Origin: a bacterium
GTDB taxonomy: Bacteria; Zhuqueibacterota; Zhuqueibacteria; Residuimicrobiales; Krinioviventaceae
Reading direction: 5' to 3'
NCBI GenBank assembly: GCA_963674595.2
Contig: CAXXFV010000023.1
Span: forward strand, 736,001-800,000
Length of the DNA: 64,000 bases
The translations under genes were made by a program, and so were the position numbers. Positions 41,136 to 49,375 of this stretch are shown piece by piece. Numbering within the stretch: position 1 is the first letter of the stretch; each line of letters opens with the position of its first letter. The notes beneath the pieces are model-generated. The model saw nothing but the letters and a program-made list of their open reading frames with translations, was not told where the DNA came from and did no database searches.

Positions 41136-41702
41136 CTATTTTGAATTCTGAATTAATTTCAGCAGGATCAGTCGGCTGCCTCCGCCCTCTAGCTCCCGTT
41201 CCACGGAAAACATTTCAGGCACTAAATCAAGAGAAGTTTTCTTAAAATATTCCAGGATCACCAGCGAATCCTCATTAATCCAGTCAGATTCGGAAAGTTT
41301 ACTTAACAGCTTGGTATATCTGCCGAAATCAAAGGGAGGGTCCAGATATACATGGGTCGCAGGACGTTCGATAAAAGCTCCTGAAGAATTGCGGATCAGG
41401 GTAAAGGCATCCCTCTGCAAAATCCTGTGAGGTATGTCCATTCCTATCCGGTCAATATTGGTCTCAATCAGCTTGATCCCTGTGCGGTCACGGTCATTGA
41501 ACAGGACAAAATCAGCGCCCCGGCTGGCGGCTTCAATGCCAACGGCCCCGGATCCCGCAAAAAGATCAACCCATATTGAATGAAGAAGCGATTCATCTAT
41601 TACGCTGAATAGTTTCTCCCGCAGGCTGTCCATAGTGGGACGGACTTCGCCCCTGACCTTTGCTAATTGCCTGCCCCTATATTTTCCGCCTATTATTCTC
41701 AT
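41136..41702 (-). CDS. rsmD: 16S rRNA (guanine966-N2)-methyltransferase
   Basis: MRIIGGKYRGR, RPT, DLFAGSGAVGIEAASRGA, LDPPF. Confidence 0.92.
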   Translation of the reverse strand: MRIIGGKYRGRQLAKVRGEVRPTMDSLREKLFSVIDESLLHSIWVDLFAGSGAVGIEAASRGADFVLFNDRDRTGIKLIETNIDRIGMDIPHRILQRDAFTLIRNSSGAFIERPATHVYLDPPFDFGRYTKLLSKLSESDWINEDSLVILEYFKKTSLDLVPEMFSVERELEGGGSRLILLKLIQNSK

Positions 41703-41779
41703 AATATTAAAGGTTACACCCCGGACAGCCATTTTATCAGAAAGAACGATTCCAGGCCCGCGGCCGGCGGATTCAGGAT

Positions 41780-41884
41780 CGTCAAAAGGAAATTCAGGAT
41801 TGAAAAATTACTCCTGTAAGGAATTTGCCTTGAACCTTGAAACTTAAACTCCCCCCAAAGCGGGGCCAATCTTGAATCTTGAAT
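41780..41884. repeat. Degenerate ATTCAGG / CTTGAA(C/T) heptamer copies in the rsmD-recG spacer
   Basis: attcagg at ~41792, cttgaaccttgaa at ~41829, CTTGAATCTTGAAT at 41871-41884. Confidence 0.55.
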
Positions 41885-41905
41885 TAAAAAGCACCGCTTT
41901 CAAAC

Positions 41906-44035
41906 TTATCCGGAAGAAGAAAAGCCGGCTTTCCCCCCCCACTTCTTCTGATAGATAGTATTTAGCCGATCCCTGTATTCCTGGCTGATCTCGCCATTAT
42001 CAAACAGTTCTGAAACATCCTGCCTGGCCGCGGCAAGAAGGCTGAAATGTTTTACCAGGCTGCCGAAATGAAAATCAGGCGCGCCAGATTGCCGGACTCC
42101 CAGGTAATCCCCCGGGCCCCTGATCTCCAGATCCTTTTCAGCTATGACAAATCCGTCGTTGCTTCGGCACATTACCCGGAGCCTTTCCACTGCTTCCCTG
42201 GTGGCAGCCCTAACTACCATGAGAATACACAGACCCGGAATCTCTCCCCTGCCGACCCGGCCGCGCAACTGGTGCAGCTGGGATAACCCAAACCTTTCCG
42301 CATGCTCAATAATAATTATGGCTGCTGCAGGCACGTCAATCCCTACCTCTATCACTGTTGTTGTTACCAGCACCTGGATCAAGCCATCCCGGAAGTCCAC
42401 CATTACCCTGGTTTTCTCATCCGCGCTCATTCTGCCATGCAGGAGTCCAACCCGGGCAGATGGAAATACAGACTGCAGGCGTTGAAACATTTCAGTCGCT
42501 GCCGTCAAATCCATTTCCGCCGACTCCTCGACCAGGGGACAAACCACAAAAACCTGCTGCTTCAGCTCTAGGCGCGCTCCAACCAGGGCATAGACCTCCT
42601 CCCGGGAAGCTTCTGTCTTGACCACTGTCTTTACCGGTTTCCTCCCCGGAGGAAGCTGGTCAATAAGCGAAACATCCAGGTCTCCATAGAGAGTCATGGC
42701 CAGGCTTCTGGGGATCGGAGTCGCGGTCATCACCATTATGTCAGGGGCAGAGCCCTTCCCGGCCAGAATGCTCCGCTGCATTACACCGAACCGATGCTGT
42801 TCATCAATTACCACCAGACCCAGGGCTTTAAAAACCACCTTTTCCTGGATTAAGGAATGGGTCCCTACTACCAGTTGAGTCTTGCCTGAAGCAAGGCTTG
42901 CCAGCAATTGCTTCCTGGATGCAGGCCCGGTGCTGCCCGTAAGAAACCCCATTTTGTAGGGGGTTCCCTGCAGCAGGGCAGAAAAGCTGATGAACTGCTG
43001 TTCAGCCAGCAGTTCAGTAGGAGCCATGAATGCGGCCTGGTAACCATTTTCCATTAAGACAAGCATGGCCTGGAGGGCCACGATTGTCTTTCCTGAACCG
43101 ACATCACCCTGGAGCAGCCGGTTCATCCTCCGCGGGGCAATAATGTCCTGTACTATTTCCCTGAGAGCCTTTTTCTGGGCTGGAGTCGGCCTGAAGGGAA
43201 GAATGCTCCTGATGCGCTCCCTTAACTGGGCGGTAATCCTGATATCCCTCCGGCACGAACCGAGGAGATTCTTTATCCGAAGTTCTTTGAGTCCAGCCTG
43301 AAAAAGAAAAAATTCCCCATAAATCATTCTCTTCCGGGCCGGTGTTTCGCAGTTATTAAGCTGTTTTAAAAAATCCTTACGGTCAGTTCCCGGGGGTAGC
43401 GAGGGGAAATGAATTCCCCAGTAAGCGTCATATAATCCGGGAAACTTATATTTAAGAAGAATCTTTTCGGGAAGATTTTCTGGTATTTCAGGAGAAGAGG
43501 ATAACAGCCTGAATATTATCTGCCGGATCATTCTGCCGGAAATCTTACCAATCCTCCGGTATACAGGTACTATCCGGTCAGTGTGAACAGGAAGATCATT
43601 CCCCTGGTTCAGCATCTCGATTTCCGGGTTCAGCATGGTGAGGGCCCTGCTGTATTGATCCCAGCTGACCTCGCCGTAAAAAACCGCGTTCCTGCCCTCT
43701 TTCAGTATGCCGGACAGATAGGGCTGATTGAAAAACTTGATACTGATTGAAGCTTTTCCGTCACTGATTATGGCTTCATAAAGGCTGAATCCCTTCCGCC
43801 TGGTAAACCTTCTCCCTGAGGCTGAAATCTTACCCCTGACCACACACTTGTCCCCGTCGCGCAGTGAAGAGATAGGAAGGCAGGATTCCCGGTCTTCATA
43901 ACGGATCGGAATCCAGGAAAGCAGGTCTTCGACCGACTGAATGCCGGCGGACCGAAACATTTCAGCCCGGGAAGGACCAACTCCCTTGATATATTGAACA
44001 GGTGTATCCAGTTCCAGAATCATAAGCGGCTGCAT
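41906..44035 (-). CDS. recG: ATP-dependent DNA helicase RecG
   Basis: MNRLLQGDVGSGKT, DEQHRFGV, MTATPIPRSL, QLHQLRGRVGRG, DLEIRGPG. Confidence 0.96.
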   Translation of the reverse strand: MQPLMILELDTPVQYIKGVGPSRAEMFRSAGIQSVEDLLSWIPIRYEDRESCLPISSLRDGDKCVVRGKISASGRRFTRRKGFSLYEAIISDGKASISIKFFNQPYLSGILKEGRNAVFYGEVSWDQYSRALTMLNPEIEMLNQGNDLPVHTDRIVPVYRRIGKISGRMIRQIIFRLLSSSPEIPENLPEKILLKYKFPGLYDAYWGIHFPSLPPGTDRKDFLKQLNNCETPARKRMIYGEFFLFQAGLKELRIKNLLGSCRRDIRITAQLRERIRSILPFRPTPAQKKALREIVQDIIAPRRMNRLLQGDVGSGKTIVALQAMLVLMENGYQAAFMAPTELLAEQQFISFSALLQGTPYKMGFLTGSTGPASRKQLLASLASGKTQLVVGTHSLIQEKVVFKALGLVVIDEQHRFGVMQRSILAGKGSAPDIMVMTATPIPRSLAMTLYGDLDVSLIDQLPPGRKPVKTVVKTEASREEVYALVGARLELKQQVFVVCPLVEESAEMDLTAATEMFQRLQSVFPSARVGLLHGRMSADEKTRVMVDFRDGLIQVLVTTTVIEVGIDVPAAAIIIIEHAERFGLSQLHQLRGRVGRGEIPGLCILMVVRAATREAVERLRVMCRSNDGFVIAEKDLEIRGPGDYLGVRQSGAPDFHFGSLVKHFSLLAAARQDVSELFDNGEISQEYRDRLNTIYQKKWGGKAGFSSSG

Positions 44036-44236
44036 TTTCCCTCTGATTCCAGGCTTTGCTTCGACCAGCCTGGATTAAGGTTATCCCAAAGAACCAATTC
44101 ATTTTAACAATATATATAACGTTCCAGACGGCCTTATAACGAAAACCGTCAATAATAATTCTGAATCATCAGGCTGAATAATCTCATAAACCCATATGTC
44201 TGCTCTTGTGAAGAAAACTATGGTATATTTTCTGGA

Positions 44237-44803
44237 GTGCAAATCCGAAAATTTTTAATGATTACTCTTTTCCTGTTACTGGCTTCCTGCGGCCGAAGCA
44301 TTGAAAAACAGGCCCGGGACCAGGTAAGGAAGCTCAGCAACGCAGACCTGGAGAAAAAACAGGTATCAGTGTTCAATGTCAGCCAGATGGGTGACACCGC
44401 GACAGCGGAAATAGATATCCATACAGCTGTAAAAATGAGCAAAGAAGATGGCAAGTGGCTGATTAAAGAAATTCGCCTGGGCAGTGAGAAATGGGAAGAC
44501 GTCCACAGAATAGTCGGGGCGATTGAACAGATAAGAGCAGAAGATACCATGGCTGACATGAAAACAATAAGAGATGCGGTTGAAGCATACAGTAAAGAAA
44601 AAGGCCCCCTGGAACTTGAAATAAATTTTGTAACCTTGATTGATCTTTTGGCTCCCGAATATCTGCCTAATCCAATCCGAGAAGACGCGTGGGACAATCC
44701 GTTCACCCTGCTGGTGACAAAAGAAGGCTTTCAGATCAGATCCGCCGGACCGGACGGAAAATCTGGAAGCAGAGATGACCTGGTATTAAACAATGAAAAT
44801 TAA
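44237..44803 (+). CDS. Lipoprotein with a C-terminal type II secretion GspG-like domain
   Basis: Lipobox LASC; DAWDNPF...IRSAGPDGKSGSRDD resembles the GspG C-terminus. Confidence 0.6.
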   Translation: MQIRKFLMITLFLLLASCGRSIEKQARDQVRKLSNADLEKKQVSVFNVSQMGDTATAEIDIHTAVKMSKEDGKWLIKEIRLGSEKWEDVHRIVGAIEQIRAEDTMADMKTIRDAVEAYSKEKGPLELEINFVTLIDLLAPEYLPNPIREDAWDNPFTLLVTKEGFQIRSAGPDGKSGSRDDLVLNNEN

Positions 44804-45659
44804 AGAAAAATATACATATTTTTATGCCGTTGCAGTTATCCTGCTGGCTCTCATCGGCGCCTCCTGTGCAGGCGGAGATACTGCGACAGGTGAATCAATT
44901 AACTGGCAGCCTGATGTTTACGCGGCTTTTAAAACAGCTGCCCAGGAAAACAAAGACGTACTGCTGTACCTCAATGCTGACTGGTGCGGTTACTGCCGGA
45001 AACTGGAAGCGGAAACTTTCACGGATGCCAAGGTAATAAAAGAACTGGGCGATGCCTTTGTCTGGGTCAAACTGGATGGGGATAAAGATCCGGACGGAAA
45101 CCGCTATAAAAACAAGTTTAATGTCCGTGGTTACCCCGCGATGTTCATCCTTGATCCAGAAGAAAACGAGCTTGACCGTATATCCGGATATCTCCCTCCC
45201 GAGAATTTCCTGGAGATGATGATTTCCATGCGCGACGGCAACACTTTTGCCGGGCTTCAGGAGAGAGTTAAAGAGAATCCGGATGACATGAAAGCCAAAC
45301 AAAAACTTGCTGAAAAACTGCTTTTCAGAGGCCAGCCGGGAGATTCCCTGAAAAACCTGGAGATGGTACTTAAAGCTGATCCTGATAACGAACAAGGACA
45401 GATGGAACCGGCCTTGTATTTAATGGCCCAGGCGACTTATGCCATGCGCCAGTATCAGCCGACTCTCGCTGTCCTGGATAAATACGAAGAAAAATTTCCG
45501 GATGGCACACATATTGCCGATTTCATGTTGCTCAGGGCCCAGTTAAACCTTGAAAATAATGAGAGCGAATCCGCCCGGTCCACGCTGGAAAAATTCCTCA
45601 AAGCATATCCCCATCATCCCAAGGCTGAACTTGTGAGACGCCACCTGTCCGAAAATTAG
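44793..45659 (+). CDS. Thioredoxin-family lipoprotein with C-terminal TPRs
   Basis: Lipobox GASC, ADWCGYC, VRGYP cis-Pro, TPR-like tail. Confidence 0.8.
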   Translation: MKIKEKYTYFYAVAVILLALIGASCAGGDTATGESINWQPDVYAAFKTAAQENKDVLLYLNADWCGYCRKLEAETFTDAKVIKELGDAFVWVKLDGDKDPDGNRYKNKFNVRGYPAMFILDPEENELDRISGYLPPENFLEMMISMRDGNTFAGLQERVKENPDDMKAKQKLAEKLLFRGQPGDSLKNLEMVLKADPDNEQGQMEPALYLMAQATYAMRQYQPTLAVLDKYEEKFPDGTHIADFMLLRAQLNLENNESESARSTLEKFLKAYPHHPKAELVRRHLSEN

Positions 45660-45682
45660 CCGAAACAAGGGAGACCTGAATA

Positions 45683-45800
45683 GTTGCGAGTAGCAGGTTG
45701 CGGGTTGCTAAGTAATCGGGTGAGGCTATCGTAGTTTACCAAACAATTGGGGTGGGAAAAATCAATCCCGATTCCGAGCCCGACCCCAACCCCGATGCCG
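45683..45800. repeat. GTTGCGG-type heptamers plus CCCGAT-type hexamers
   Basis: GTTGCGA GTAGCAG GTTGCGG GTTGCTA at 45683-45710; ccccgattccgagcccgaccccaaccccgatgccga at ~45766-45800. Confidence 0.6.
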
Positions 45801-45896
45801 AGCATAAATTGAGGATCCGCAAACGTCGCACTTTCCAATTGAACTCAAAAAATGTCAAAGTATGAATGACGAATTTCGAACAATTACGCACTTCGA

Positions 45897-46092
45897 TGCA
45901 GTCAAGACATCGGTAACACTAATCATTCAGGACATAGGTAACAGTCCGTTTATGCCCCTTCACCCGGGCGGCAACAACTAACGCCGGAGGCGTTTAAGTT
46001 TCCCCGGAAACAGTAGGTGGCGGCGTGTGCATTTTCAACTGCAATGGGTATTACCTATGTCCTGAGCAAAAGTGTTACCTATGTCCTGAACA
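45897..46092. mobile_element. Non-autonomous MITE-like element with doubled terminal inverted repeats (IS481/IS21-like ends)
   Basis: Left gtcaagacatcggtaacact and ttcaggacataggtaacagt; right ttacctatgtcctga twice, ending ...tgaaca; no ORF inside. Confidence 0.7.
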
Positions 46093-46115
46093 CGCGCCCT
46101 TAACAATTGCCTGAT

Positions 46116-46736
46116 TCAGATCAGGTGCCCCATTCTTTCCCTTTTAGTATCCAGGTATCTGCTGCTGTGCTCCGAGGGCTCAATTATTAGAGGAACCCTT
46201 TCCGTCACATCTATTCCCTCTTTCTTCATGCCTTCCAGTTTGCGAGGGTTATTAGTAAGCATCCGGATTCCCTTCACCTCAAAATACCTTAGAATCTCAG
46301 CGCAGAATGCGTACTGCCGCTCATCAGACCTGAAACCCAGTTTATGATTGGCATCAATCGTATCAAGGCCCTCATCCTGGAGGGCATATGCCCTGAGTTT
46401 ATTAAGCAGCCCGATGCCCCTTCCCTCCTGCATCTGATAGATCAAAATTCCTTCATCGCTCTTTCCAATAGCCTCCAGTGATGCATCCAGCTGCTTTCCG
46501 CAGTCACAACGCAGGGAGTGGAGCGTATCACCTGTGAAGCACTTCGAATGAATCCGGGCAAGCACATTTCTGCCCTTGAGTTCACCGGACACCAGGGCTA
46601 CCGCCTCCTCATCACTTTGCGTGTCCTTGAATCCGTATATGGTAAAACTTCCGAACGAGGTGGGGAAACAAGCCTTGACGACCTGTTCCGGGTCTATACA
46701 AGGCCGATCACTGCTTAATTCTTTCTGATTACTCAT
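46116..46736 (-). CDS. ribA: GTP cyclohydrolase II
   Basis: RIHSKCFTGDTLHSLRCDCGKQL, QEGRGIGL, LTNNPRK, MGHL; start estimated at MSNQKE. Confidence 0.94.
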   Translation of the reverse strand: MSNQKELSSDRPCIDPEQVVKACFPTSFGSFTIYGFKDTQSDEEAVALVSGELKGRNVLARIHSKCFTGDTLHSLRCDCGKQLDASLEAIGKSDEGILIYQMQEGRGIGLLNKLRAYALQDEGLDTIDANHKLGFRSDERQYAFCAEILRYFEVKGIRMLTNNPRKLEGMKKEGIDVTERVPLIIEPSEHSSRYLDTKRERMGHLI

Positions 46737-46998
46737 TTTTGGAATTATACCAAAATCGCCGCTATTGAATCGCTTTCGGAACAGGGTCTCTACCGGAAAA
46801 GACAAACAAAAAAATATTCTTACAATCCCGATTAGATTTTTACATTAACTAAGAAAATCTTTTACCAACCGCTCAATATAAATTAATTTCTTGTTTATAT
46901 TTTCAGCCTGTGCTAATACAATAGGAAAATCTGTTGTGGAGAATTAATTGAAATTTTTCATTAAAATAATTTAATTATCTGGGAGAGGATTAAGAACC

Positions 46999-47427
46999 AT
47001 GGAAGAAAACAATATACCCACCCCGCCAGGAACGCCACCCGAAACACCACCTCAAACTCCTCCTGTAAATACACCTCCTCCACCAGGAGGCGGCGCAGGA
47101 TATGTATCTCCGAACCGTACTATTATGCTCATACTGGCCTATCTCAGCGTTCTGGCGCTGATTCCGCTTCTTACCGAAAAGGAAGACAAGGAAATTCAGT
47201 GGCATTCCAAGAATGGTTTGGTAATCACAGCAGCCTGGATAATCCTTGCTATTGCCTTAACGATCCTGGGTTTTATTCCCATTGTTGGACAGGTTCTTGG
47301 TTGTTTGGCCATGCCGTTTATAGGCCTTGGCGGGTTGATAGTATTTATTTTATGTATCGTCAAAGCCCTCAACGGAGAACGTTTCCGCCTTCCCATGGTT
47401 TCTGACTATGCAGATAAATGGCAGTAG
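46999..47427 (+). CDS. DUF4870-like membrane protein with Pro-rich N-terminus
   Basis: ILAYL, IQWHSKNGL, CIVKALNGERFRLP; GGGAGAGG RBS. Confidence 0.75.
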   Translation: MEENNIPTPPGTPPETPPQTPPVNTPPPPGGGAGYVSPNRTIMLILAYLSVLALIPLLTEKEDKEIQWHSKNGLVITAAWIILAIALTILGFIPIVGQVLGCLAMPFIGLGGLIVFILCIVKALNGERFRLPMVSDYADKWQ

Positions 47428-47451
47428 ACTGACTGACTCGAAATGAACAGA

Positions 47452-47489
47452 CAGGGGGTAACCAGATGTTAATCCTGATTATCCCCCTG
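47452..47489 (+). terminator. Hairpin downstream of the DUF4870-like gene
   Basis: cagggggtaa...ttatccccctg inverted repeat; no U-tract. Confidence 0.35.
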
Positions 47490-47523
47490 GACCCAGCCCG
47501 CAATCCCTTCCATCGGGCCTGAA

Positions 47524-47913
47524 ATGAACATCAGAGAGATGCTCAAAACCAATAAAAAAGCCCGTATCCTACTCGTGGGCTCAGCCCTTTTCCTGCTGCT
47601 GGCCGGATTAACTGCAACTGATATACCGCTGCGTTACGAAATCAGGCTGATCCATTTTTACAAGTCTCATGTTTCCCCCGTTTCCAGTCATTTTGTGACT
47701 TGCCGATTCAGTCCTACCTGATCCAGCTATGCCCTCCTGGTCCTGGAGGCTGACGGATTTTGGCTGGGGAATCTGAAAATCACCGGCCGGCTGCTCAGGT
47801 GTTCAGCCTTCGGATTCGTGTGGGACGCCTTGTTTTCAGAAAAACAGAAGGAACAAAAGCAAACCGGGATTAGCTGTTTATTATTCAGGGAATTTTCACA
47901 CCGGCTATCATAA
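47524..47913 (+). CDS. yidD: YidD-family (membrane protein insertion efficiency factor) protein with an in-frame TGA at a conserved Cys; candidate selenoprotein, 129 aa if read through
   Basis: IHFYKSHVSP...CRFSPT-TGA-SSYALLVLEADGFWLGNLKITGRLLRCSAF matches YidD CRFxPTCSxYA...G...G...R..RC; frame open to TAA 47911-47913. Confidence 0.8.
47722..47757 (+). promoter_or_regulatory. Candidate bacterial SECIS element
   Basis: TCC-AGC-tatgcc-CTCC-TGGTCCT-GGAG-GCT-gac-GGA hairpin starting right after the TGA; loop 16 nt from the TGA, containing GGT. Confidence 0.55.
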
Positions 47914-48057
47914 TGTCTAAATCCATATCACTTGCATCCACAACAATTAATGGACCGTCCCCTTTTAACTACCCGGCAAGGGCTTTCTTCCCGGCACCTT
48001 GCCCTGTAGACTGAATATTCGCGTGTGTTGACTATCAGGCAGTTTACTGCAAATATT

Positions 48058-49356
48058 ATGGACATGGTTTGGTACAAAAAACTGCACTGGCAGATTATTA
48101 TCGGGCTGGTTCTCGGACTGATATACGGGGCATTGGCAGCATCCATCGGCCTGCAGAAATTCACTGCCGACTGGATTGCTCCTTTTGGCACAATATTCAT
48201 AAATCTCCTCAAACTGATTGCGGTTCCCCTGGTACTTGCTTCCCTGATATGCGGAGTTGCTTCCCTTTCCGATCTAAAAAAACTCTCAAGAATCGGGGGA
48301 AAAACAATCCTCATATACATGGCCACCACTGTTATTTCAGTTTCTATCGGGCTGACACTGGTGAATATTCTCAAACCAGGACACTATGTCCCACCGGAGA
48401 TGCGGGAGCAGCTGCAGCAAACCTACGAAAAAGATGCCGCCAGCCAGACTGACCTGGCCAGGCAGGCCAGGGAGAGAGGCCCGCTGCAGCCCCTGGTCGA
48501 TATTGTTCCCTCCAACCTTTTTGATTCCGCTTCTGATAACAGGAACATGCTGCAGATTGTGTTCATCGCGCTGCTGGCGGGGATTGCCCTGATCCAACTG
48601 GAAGACAGTCAAAGCAGGCCTTTACTTGAATTTTTCAGTTCCCTTAACGAAGTCATTATCAGGATTGTTGACATAATAATGCTGATGGCTCCGCTGGGGG
48701 TATTCGCCCTCATATCAGGAACCATCACTTCCATTGCCGAAGAAAACATCATGCAGGTGGTCAACCTGCTCGGGGCCCTCGGGTACTATTGCTTCGCGGT
48801 TGTTCTCGGATTGATGATCCAGGGATACGTAACCTATTCAATTATGCTCAAGCTCTTTACCCCTATGCCGCTGGGACGCTTTTTCAAGGGGATAGCCCCG
48901 GTTCAGCTGGTGGCATTCTCAACCAGTTCCAGCGGGGCCACCCTTCCGGTCACCATGGAAAAATGCCAGGATGAACTGGGAGTTTCAGACGAAATATCCT
49001 CTTTTGTGCTTCCCCTGGGAGCGACCATCAACATGGACGGTACCGCTCTTTACCAGGCTGTGGCCGCAGTTTTTATTGCCCAGGCCCTGGGTATGGAACT
49101 TTCTCTCTCAGCCCAGCTGGTAATCATCCTGACAGCTGTACTGGCCTCCATAGGAACAGCAGCCGTGCCCAGTGCGGGAATTATAATGCTGGTTATAATC
49201 CTGGAAGCCATTGGCGTTCCCAGCGCGGGGATTGCCCTGATCCTGGGAGTGGACCGTATCCTGGATATGCTGAGAACTGTAACCAACGTGACCGGGGACA
49301 GCTGTGTTGCCGTGCTTATAGCCTCATCAGAAGGACAGCTGGACCAGGAGGATTAA
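48058..49356 (+). CDS. Dicarboxylate/amino acid:cation symporter (GltP/DAACS)
   Basis: AFSTSSSGATLP, LPLGATINMDGT, SIGTAAVP, VDRILDMLRTVTNVTGD. Confidence 0.92.
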   Translation: MDMVWYKKLHWQIIIGLVLGLIYGALAASIGLQKFTADWIAPFGTIFINLLKLIAVPLVLASLICGVASLSDLKKLSRIGGKTILIYMATTVISVSIGLTLVNILKPGHYVPPEMREQLQQTYEKDAASQTDLARQARERGPLQPLVDIVPSNLFDSASDNRNMLQIVFIALLAGIALIQLEDSQSRPLLEFFSSLNEVIIRIVDIIMLMAPLGVFALISGTITSIAEENIMQVVNLLGALGYYCFAVVLGLMIQGYVTYSIMLKLFTPMPLGRFFKGIAPVQLVAFSTSSSGATLPVTMEKCQDELGVSDEISSFVLPLGATINMDGTALYQAVAAVFIAQALGMELSLSAQLVIILTAVLASIGTAAVPSAGIIMLVIILEAIGVPSAGIALILGVDRILDMLRTVTNVTGDSCVAVLIASSEGQLDQED

Positions 49357-49375
49357 ACCCACTGAGGAGTCGATA

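Noticed and set aside
47719-47721. Genome-wide UGA reassignment (code 4 or 25) as the explanation for the yidD TGA
   Set aside because: Well-conserved genes such as asnS, namZ and ribA end at TGA at their expected C-termini, so TGA is a normal stop here.
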